Positions 58,186 through 64,000 of a DNA stretch of 64,000 nt are shown here, one piece after another. The stretch is from IMG/VR virus record IMGVR_UViG_3300032322_001069, positions 1 through 64,000 of that record; one strand, written 5' to 3'. Position 1 is the stretch's first letter. The number at the start of each line of letters is the position of its first letter. Below the pieces are notes generated by a model. The model was not told the DNA's origin. It ran no database searches and was given only the letters and a program-made list of their open reading frames with translations. The translations under genes were made by a program, and so were the position numbers. The DNA comes from a virus.

Positions 58186-58330
58186 TTTTATTCTCCTTTT
58201 GAATAATTTTACTTAAAACTGAAACAATTTGGTCAATTTTGCGATTCTCCAGAATCATATTGACCTTGATCTTTTCAATCTCATCCTTGAGAACTAGTAC
58301 GATTTTTCTATCTTCTTCGGTCATAATCAT
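58178..58330 (-). CDS. Small coiled-coil hypothetical protein
   Basis: GGAG SD before ATG 58330; the track's longer start lies inside a tRNA. Confidence 0.6.
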   Translation of the reverse strand: MIMTEEDRKIVLVLKDEIEKIKVNMILENRKIDQIVSVLSKIIQKENKND

Positions 58331-58344
58331 ACTTATATCTCCAA

Positions 58345-58417
58345 TGAGTAGGGTGGGGGTCGAACCCACACATCTACCGTTATAAGCGGAAGGTTCTGCC
58401 GATTGAACTACCTACCC
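58345..58417 (-). tRNA. tRNA-Ile(UAU), no encoded CCA
   Basis: Acceptor GGGTAGG/CCTACTC-A, anticodon loop CT-TAT-AA, T-arm GGTTCGACCC. Confidence 0.85.
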
Positions 58418-58478
58418 AATTTCAACCCGGCTGTCGCGCCAACCGGGTTGCCAACCTAATGGTTGGACTGTTAGTCCT

Positions 58479-58506
58479 ATTATACGGAGGAACTATCCTC
58501 TGTCAA
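58479..58506 (-). promoter_or_regulatory. Consensus sigma70 promoter for the tRNA-Ile unit
   Basis: TTGACA-N16-TATAAT. Confidence 0.85.
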
Positions 58507-58743
58507 GAGAATCTTACACTTTTGGTTAGTAACATGCCCAGAAGGAGTCAAAACCAAATAATTGCTCTTCTGGCGGTCAGTATCGTCACCAAGGCGATAG
58601 TTGACCTGTGTGCCTTTGTGTAGGCTTACGCACTCTAGGGCCTCTGGAGAGGCCAGACGCTCCATGATGGCCTTAGCAGCCACCACAGCCTCCTCTTGGC
58701 AGGAGGACATGAGAGGAATGTCAATGTGGATTCGGTATGCCAT
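58480..58743 (-). CDS. Hypothetical protein
   Basis: TAATG-coupled ORF. Confidence 0.7.
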   Translation of the reverse strand: MAYRIHIDIPLMSSCQEEAVVAAKAIMERLASPEALECVSLHKGTQVNYRLGDDTDRQKSNYLVLTPSGHVTNQKCKILLTEDSSSV

Positions 58744-58934
58744 TAGTCAATTAGGAACTTCTTTGTGCTTTCTGCCGAGATCCAATCGGTAGAACCATCT
58801 TCATACCGAACGCAATACTCAGTTTCTTCGTAAATCATACCCTTCTTGTCCTTTGCCCGTGAGGTTTGAGATCCAATCACGGTGCAAGGACGGCTATTTT
58901 CCGAATTTACTACTTTTTCTCCGTGCTTATACAT
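58743..58934 (-). CDS. Small SH3-like hypothetical protein
   Basis: YKHGEKV...YCVRYEDGSTDW. Confidence 0.65.
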   Translation of the reverse strand: MYKHGEKVVNSENSRPCTVIGSQTSRAKDKKGMIYEETEYCVRYEDGSTDWISAESTKKFLID

Positions 58935-59330
58935 TTAAATCTCCAATTCTTGAAAACCTTCGTTGTCAGTGTACCAAATTTCGTCAAAGAAGTCAACACA
59001 CCACGCCAAACAATGCTTACAAGGCTTAGAATTTCGCAGTTCATTAAACCGATTCATGCGAAAATTGATCAATTTCAACCTCTTTTCGCCTCTTTTGTAG
59101 CATTTTGGCAGCTTATTGAACGCATCTAGCTCAGAATGGACACAATCGATGACATATCCATACTTACGAGCAAGAGGATGCGTCTTGAATTGGTTAGTTC
59201 CAATCGAAACAAGCTTATTCTTGTGGAAGATCAGACTCACATGCTTCTTTTGCCTCTCCATTTGGAGGCAGATTGGCATTGTCTGGATTAAAATATCGTT
59301 TAGCTTCACGCTCAATTTGGGAATAATCAT
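58935..59330 (-). CDS. Zn-dependent cytidine/dCMP deaminase-like protein
   Basis: HSE...SKPCKHC (HxE/PCxxC), IWYT. Confidence 0.8.
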   Translation of the reverse strand: MIIPKLSVKLNDILIQTMPICLQMERQKKHVSLIFHKNKLVSIGTNQFKTHPLARKYGYVIDCVHSELDAFNKLPKCYKRGEKRLKLINFRMNRFNELRNSKPCKHCLAWCVDFFDEIWYTDNEGFQELEI

Positions 59331-59535
59331 AATTAGTCGCCTTTGACCCGACTATCTTCTCATTGTAATATCTCTCCACGAAGAAGTCAACCACTATTGG
59401 ATAATGTTTGACAACATTTCTTGCCATCTGCCGAATTGCTTTTGGCACTTTGGGTGTCTGCTTTGGATCTAGAAGGCTGTAAATAAATTCTTTACAGCGT
59501 TGTAGTGCATAGATTTCTTCTTCAAGAGTTGACAT
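59215..59535 (-). CDS. Conserved phage hypothetical protein
   Basis: LLDPKQTPKVPKAIRQ.A...KHYP; ATG 59535 just after tRNA-Gly. Confidence 0.7.
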   Translation of the reverse strand: MSTLEEEIYALQRCKEFIYSLLDPKQTPKVPKAIRQMARNVVKHYPIVVDFFVERYYNEKIVGSKATNYDYSQIEREAKRYFNPDNANLPPNGEAKEACESDLPQE

Positions 59536-59538
59536 AAA

Positions 59539-59610
59539 AGAGGACGACGGGACTTGAACCCGCAACATTGACCTTGGAAGGGTCACACTCTGCCATTGAG
59601 TTACATCCTC
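59539..59610 (-). tRNA. tRNA-Gly(UCC), no encoded CCA
   Basis: Acceptor GAGGATG/CGTCCTC-T; TGACC-CT-TCC-AA-GGTCA; GGTTCAAGTCC. Confidence 0.9.
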
Positions 59611-59611
59611 A

Positions 59612-59682
59612 TTGAAGATCCTAGATTTGAACTAGGACAAACTGAGTCAGAGTCAGTTGTGCTACCGTTACACCAATCTTCA
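59612..59682 (-). tRNA. tRNA-Gln(CUG), no encoded CCA
   Basis: Acceptor TGAAGAT/ATCTTCA; ACTGA-CT-CTG-AC-TCAGT; GTTCAAATC. Confidence 0.9.
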
Positions 59683-59683
59683 G

Positions 59684-59758
59684 CATTCCCGATAGGATTC
59701 GAACCTACGACCTAGTGCTTAGAAGGCACTTGCTCTAATCCAACTGAGCTACGGGAAT
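59684..59758 (-). tRNA. tRNA-Arg(UCU), no encoded CCA
   Basis: Acceptor ATTCCCG/CGGGAAT-G; AGTGC-CT-TCT-AA-GCACT; GGTTCGAATCC. Confidence 0.93.
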
Positions 59759-59764
59759 ATAATT

Positions 59765-60091
59765 TTAGGTAGTAAGCTTCAGGCCAGAACCTAGAATCTT
59801 ATTTGCTCCCGCTGGGGCAGTAACAAGACCGCTTACTGCTGAAGTGTACTGGGTTTCCATTTCACTCATTGGACGGATCATAAACATAACATGTTCTTCA
59901 CTGATTGTAAAGCCATCCTCTGCGCGGGTATATGGCATATATGGAGCAAATCCAATTTGCCCCTGTCCCATCGGGATCAGGATATATGCCTTACTGATTG
60001 CATAATATCCTTCCTCTTCATGGAAATCCACCCTGCCGATAAGTTCTTCACCACTAGTTAAACGCAAGATTTGTACATTGCTCATTTTCAT
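59765..60091 (-). CDS. Conserved T4-like Sm-fold hypothetical protein
   Basis: ILRLTSGEELIG...GFAPYMPY...Y..AVSGLV. Confidence 0.8.
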   Translation of the reverse strand: MKMSNVQILRLTSGEELIGRVDFHEEEGYYAISKAYILIPMGQGQIGFAPYMPYTRAEDGFTISEEHVMFMIRPMSEMETQYTSAVSGLVTAPAGANKILGSGLKLTT

Positions 60092-60581
60092 TCTCCTTTA
60101 GCATTATAGTATACCACTCGGGTTCAGGATTGCAAGTCCATTTTGCAAACTTGCTTTTTTCTCCCACATAGTACTTACGATAAGCAAGTACGGGATCTCC
60201 ATGAACCTTGTATTTATCTGGCATAGCCTGAGCAAAATGAGTCAGACCGCGCTTGGGTAGTTCAGGAATTTGTACGCTCATGGAGTACAAAAGAGGAAAA
60301 GACTTGTGGCACTTGTTATAACGCCTAGCGTAGATATGCGAAAGTGCAAGGGCATGATCCGTGAGCCAGATGTAGTTATCCCTGCTATATGTGGCCCATA
60401 GGGTACAAGGATGATTCACGAAACACTTCTTGTACAAAGTTTCCTTATTGATAAAGCTTTCGCTAACATGATGAACCGTAGAAAGCATTTGTGCGCTTTC
60501 AAGGATCATCTTAACGACATGCTTATCGCACATGTAACTAGCGGCCATGAGTGGGTCTGAATGAAGTGCAAAAATATTCAT
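60054..60581 (-). CDS. Pyrimidine-dimer DNA glycosylase family (DenV-like)
   Basis: MNIF.L..DP..AA...CDKHVVKMILESAQML, NHPC..W, QAMPD, AYR.YY. Confidence 0.85.
   Translation of the reverse strand: MNIFALHSDPLMAASYMCDKHVVKMILESAQMLSTVHHVSESFINKETLYKKCFVNHPCTLWATYSRDNYIWLTDHALALSHIYARRYNKCHKSFPLLYSMSVQIPELPKRGLTHFAQAMPDKYKVHGDPVLAYRKYYVGEKSKFAKWTCNPEPEWYTIMLKENENEQCTNLAFN
60108..60135 (-). promoter_or_regulatory. Sigma70-like promoter upstream of the Sm-like gene and tRNA trio
   Basis: TTGCAA-N16-TATACT with TGG extension. Confidence 0.65.
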
Positions 60582-60583
60582 AG

Positions 60584-61600
60584 TTAGTGTCCAAAGACAG
60601 CATTATACTGCTGATTGACCTGAATGAATCGGGCATTGTTGAAAAATTCATCAAGATTTTTTGCTCCAACATAGGTACAAGCAGAACGAATACCGCCCAT
60701 GACTTCCGTGACAGTATTCTCAACTGGTCCCTTTGCTTCAACAATTACTCGCTTGCCTTCAGCAGCACGATAGGAGTTTCGTTGATTATAATGAGTCTTC
60801 ATTGCATGTTCCGATGCCATTCCGTAGAAGGTTGGAACCATAGTATTTGTATTATAATCAAACTCCCATCCGCCGCATTCGTCGTGGCCTGCCAGCATAC
60901 CACCGATCATTACCATCTGTGCGCCAGCAGCGAATGCCTTGGCGACATCACCGGGATGTACGCACCCACCATCCGCGACTATTCCCAACCGATTTGGATT
61001 GCTCCGTGCTTCTCTTGCACAGTTCTGGACTGCCGAGAACTGTGGAAACCCTACTCCGGTCATCTTGCGTGTTGTGCAAGCACTTCCGGGTCCGATTCCA
61101 ACCTTGATAAAGTCCGCGCCTGCTTTGCATAGTAGATTTACTCCTTCTGGTGTTACTACATTCCCTGCAATGATATTTACTCTTTCGCCATACTCTTGGC
61201 GAATATTGTACACTAACTCACTAAAATTATCGATGTAACCATTCGCAACATCGATACAAACAAACTTGAACTTGTTCTCAGACTTCATGACTTGCCGGAA
61301 TGTTTGCTGGCTAGTCGTGTCAAGTCCGATAGTTGGAGCAGAGAAATATTGCGCGTGATATGATAGAGACAAAATTTCTTCTGCGGTATAATGCTTGTGG
61401 AGGCATGTGAGCCACTGATACTTGCTCAGGGCTTCTGCCATCTCCAGCGTACCAATCGTCGCCATGTTTGCAGCCACGATTGGAACACCAGTCCAAGAAA
61501 TACGACCAATCGTTCGCATCAGATTGACATCTGAGCGAGAGTTGACCGATGACTGACGAGGTACGATTAGAACATCCGAATAATCTAGTTGCGTTGCCAT
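60584..61600 (-). CDS. guaC: GMP reductase
   Basis: LDYSDVLI.P, ANM, CIDVANGY, KVGIGPGSACTTR..TGVG.PQ, ADGG, FYGMAS, YRAAEGK, GGIRSACTYVGA; ATG 61600. Confidence 0.93.
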   Translation of the reverse strand: MATQLDYSDVLIVPRQSSVNSRSDVNLMRTIGRISWTGVPIVAANMATIGTLEMAEALSKYQWLTCLHKHYTAEEILSLSYHAQYFSAPTIGLDTTSQQTFRQVMKSENKFKFVCIDVANGYIDNFSELVYNIRQEYGERVNIIAGNVVTPEGVNLLCKAGADFIKVGIGPGSACTTRKMTGVGFPQFSAVQNCAREARSNPNRLGIVADGGCVHPGDVAKAFAAGAQMVMIGGMLAGHDECGGWEFDYNTNTMVPTFYGMASEHAMKTHYNQRNSYRAAEGKRVIVEAKGPVENTVTEVMGGIRSACTYVGAKNLDEFFNNARFIQVNQQYNAVFGH

Positions 61601-62100
61601 AGTTGCTTGGCATTGTACCATAGAGTCTGGCAAATGCCAATACATGTTTCAGGAATATTTTTGATCGAAAACTTTGTTTTTACAGGATACCATTTATTCA
61701 TCGGGCAAATAGATCCAGCAATAGTTAATTTAATGCTTAGGGCAGCTCTTGGGTTTGTACCACAGCCACACAAATTACAAAATCCAATTGAATCTGTTAA
61801 AGTTTGAATTCTTGCTGGGCATGAAAGACAAGATTGTTTTCTCTGCTCAAAGATTTGTTTAGTTACCTTTGCTTGTGTAATACTCGCAAATTCAAACTTA
61901 ATATATCTGTAAATTTTCTTAAAAATATTTACTGATTTTGGCTCACCGAGAAGTAAAGCCATTCTCTCCTCATATGCATTCTGCATTTCTATGCTTTTTG
62001 CATTTGAAATAGGAAAGTATTGATGCTGCTTCCCGTCTTTATCAGAAAACAATCTACTTCCGCTACCAATAACACCAATATTATTTGTTTGTTTGTTCAT
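61585..62100 (-). CDS. Cys-rich hypothetical protein (paralogue of 39929-40489)
   Basis: R.QSCLSC...CNLCGC...KL......CPMNKW. Confidence 0.75.
   Translation of the reverse strand: MNKQTNNIGVIGSGSRLFSDKDGKQHQYFPISNAKSIEMQNAYEERMALLLGEPKSVNIFKKIYRYIKFEFASITQAKVTKQIFEQRKQSCLSCPARIQTLTDSIGFCNLCGCGTNPRAALSIKLTIAGSICPMNKWYPVKTKFSIKNIPETCIGICQTLWYNAKQLWQRN
61612..61640 (-). promoter_or_regulatory. Sigma70-like promoter of guaC
   Basis: TTGGCA-N17-TACAAT with TGG extension. Confidence 0.55.
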
Positions 62101-63998
62101 TACACTCTCATCTGTCGATAAGTTTTATTATTATAACCAAATACACAAGGATTACTATTGAAATCCCTGATAGCTAGGAGTATAGCATTCAAATCATTTA
62201 AATCAATACATCCGGGAACAATACTATTAATTGTGTTTATCATTCCCACTCTACATGCTTCAGAAGTTTGTGTCGGATCATCTGAATTATATGGTATACC
62301 AGAACAGACAAAATTATAAGTTGTTTGTATAAACTCTGTTAAAGAACTACCGCCTAATACACCAGCAGCCGTTTGTAAACAATTACCGTTTGTTCCGAAA
62401 ACACCATTTCCAAATTCAGGTTCTTCTGGAATTTCAAGACATCCGCCTGGGTTCTTGCTATTAGGAGCAATTTGTTTTGCTCCCTGTAATAGATCATTTA
62501 GTGTATAAATTCTATTACCGAGATTATCTTTTCTAATATAAACAGTTTCTTCGGCGGGAATATTACCAATAGTGTAATTTAAAACTCCTAGAGCATTTTC
62601 TAGGAATGCGAAGAATGTTGCATCGAAATTGCCGCTTTGAATGAGTGGTTCGTTATCCAATGCCCAATCAACAAAAGTATCATAATCGGAGAAAGGAGAA
62701 TCGGGAAGAGTCTGCATTTCCTGCCAAACTTCTGTTGTTATGACTGCGCTTATCCAGCACATTCCTCCCATAACAATGTTATTTGGAAGATTGCAAGAAG
62801 TATCTACTCTTTGATTTGATGAATTGAGAGCATCAAATTGTAAAGGACATGTAAGAACACTGAGTCCATTAAGTACAGCTTGTTTATGAACACGAAGAAC
62901 CCCAAAGGAATTATTCATCCACGGATTCATTCCACTACTTCGTTCTCCAGTAATTTTATTATTTGTATTGTTATCGTTTTCTGTATTATTGCCGTAATGA
63001 TTACCCAATACACCTATACCCCCACCAATACCACCAGTTTCAGTTGTATCAGGTGAAACATATCCCTTTATGGTTCTTATTGTCTGGTAAGGGAATCTAC
63101 CGTTAGTTTCATCAAAAAATATATTATAAATTTGACCAAATCGTTCAGATCTATCCTTTGGTAAGGTCACACCAGCAGTATTCCAAGTACCATTATAATA
63201 ATTTTGTGGTATTTCGGCACTGTGCAAAATTTCAATACCAGAACAAAGCAATGTCATCATGTATTCGCATACATTTTGATAGAAAATACTATTTTGCTTT
63301 ATTTGATCTGCAAGTGTCATTCTTGCGAAAATTCGACCGATAGGCTCACTTGCATAATTTACATACGGAGAATACGAAACAATATTAAGTTTACTTCCAG
63401 TATCCTCTATGAAGTTAGAATTTATACCATCACCTAAATAAGCTTCACCTACCGGGAAATTAGTAAATCCTTTACAGGGTAAACATGGATTTAAAGTTAT
63501 TGGTTGTATAAATCCAGATTGATGACCTACGACTGCATATGAAGATCTTCTCTTAAAACCTTCAAGCTCAAGTTCAATTGCATCATCACTTCCACATGAA
63601 TAAGCTAGTATTGCATCTTTTCTGTATCCTCTTAGAGCAAATCTAAATTCTGAACCACTTTCTTCAAGTTGCTGATTTATTGTTTCAATAGCATCATATC
63701 TTCTGCATTTTGAGAAATCATTGCTATAATATCCAGAGTAAAGATCAATTGGATAGTTGTTGAAATCAGAAGTAGTTTCTACTCTGAAATGAGGGTCCAT
63801 ATAAGAGCATAGACACTTCTTAAAGAATGCTACTGTGATACCATCTTCCAGACCAGTAGTTTTCTTTATATAATTTAAAAGACCTTGAGTGTTTTCTGAA
63901 CTACTAAAATTATCTGCAAGAGTCTGAAGAACTTTTATACAATTATTCTGTGAAGAAGCACTATTGTTAAAACATGTTCCTGTATATTGAGCAGGAGA
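62100..63998 (-). CDS. Large Cys-containing hypothetical (likely virion) protein, 5'-truncated by the window edge
   Basis: Frame stays open for 66 codons upstream of the track's ATG 63800, to the window end. Confidence 0.75.
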   Translation of the reverse strand, partial: SPAQYTGTCFNNSASSQNNCIKVLQTLADNFSSSENTQGLLNYIKKTTGLEDGITVAFFKKCLCSYMDPHFRVETTSDFNNYPIDLYSGYYSNDFSKCRRYDAIETINQQLEESGSEFRFALRGYRKDAILAYSCGSDDAIELELEGFKRRSSYAVVGHQSGFIQPITLNPCLPCKGFTNFPVGEAYLGDGINSNFIEDTGSKLNIVSYSPYVNYASEPIGRIFARMTLADQIKQNSIFYQNVCEYMMTLLCSGIEILHSAEIPQNYYNGTWNTAGVTLPKDRSERFGQIYNIFFDETNGRFPYQTIRTIKGYVSPDTTETGGIGGGIGVLGNHYGNNTENDNNTNNKITGERSSGMNPWMNNSFGVLRVHKQAVLNGLSVLTCPLQFDALNSSNQRVDTSCNLPNNIVMGGMCWISAVITTEVWQEMQTLPDSPFSDYDTFVDWALDNEPLIQSGNFDATFFAFLENALGVLNYTIGNIPAEETVYIRKDNLGNRIYTLNDLLQGAKQIAPNSKNPGGCLEIPEEPEFGNGVFGTNGNCLQTAAGVLGGSSLTEFIQTTYNFVCSGIPYNSDDPTQTSEACRVGMINTINSIVPGCIDLNDLNAILLAIRDFNSNPCVFGYNNKTYRQMRV

Positions 63999-64000
63999 TC

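Noticed and set aside
58331-58369. ORF-track N-terminal extensions into tRNA genes (also 59536-59586)
   Set aside because: They overlap clear tRNA cloverleaves; downstream ATGs are better starts
60584-61600. IMP dehydrogenase as alternative call
   Set aside because: No CBS domains; the ANM, DVANGY, FYGM and YRAAEGK motifs fit GMP reductase
60538-61640. Several overlapping ORFs on both strands of guaC
   Set aside because: Shadows in a relatively GC-rich gene; guaC explains the region

Overview
This window comes from a large, AT-rich T4-like myophage genome with cyanophage/freshwater-type gene order, mostly on the minus strand. From left to right: (1) a collagen-like fibre gene, a trypsin-like protease and a TPR-GT2; (2) a ~10.5 kb very AT-rich glycan island with a ColD/ColC-type GDP-colitose pair, RmlB, an epimerase, an AsnB-like amidotransferase and about seven glycosyltransferases, four of them GDP-fucose-type; (3) replication, recombination and late-transcription genes (regA, gp62/44/45, gp46/47, gp55, uvsW, uvsY); (4) head genes gp23-gp20; (5) an unusual tail module with two tandem sheath and two tandem tube paralogues, a gp15 extended by three Ig-like repeats, Cys-rich baseplate proteins, a hub split into two ORFs, no recognisable gp5 spike and only a short Pro-rich protein where the tape measure is expected; (6) gp32, gp33, virion proteins and a nucleotidyltransferase; (7) an early region with four CCA-less tRNAs including a rare Ile(UAU), a deaminase, a DenV-like glycosylase and GMP reductase. 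The best candidates for new biology are the virion colitosylation/fucosylation system and the eCIS-like multi-sheath tail. All calls rest on motif recognition and synteny by eye; no searches were run.
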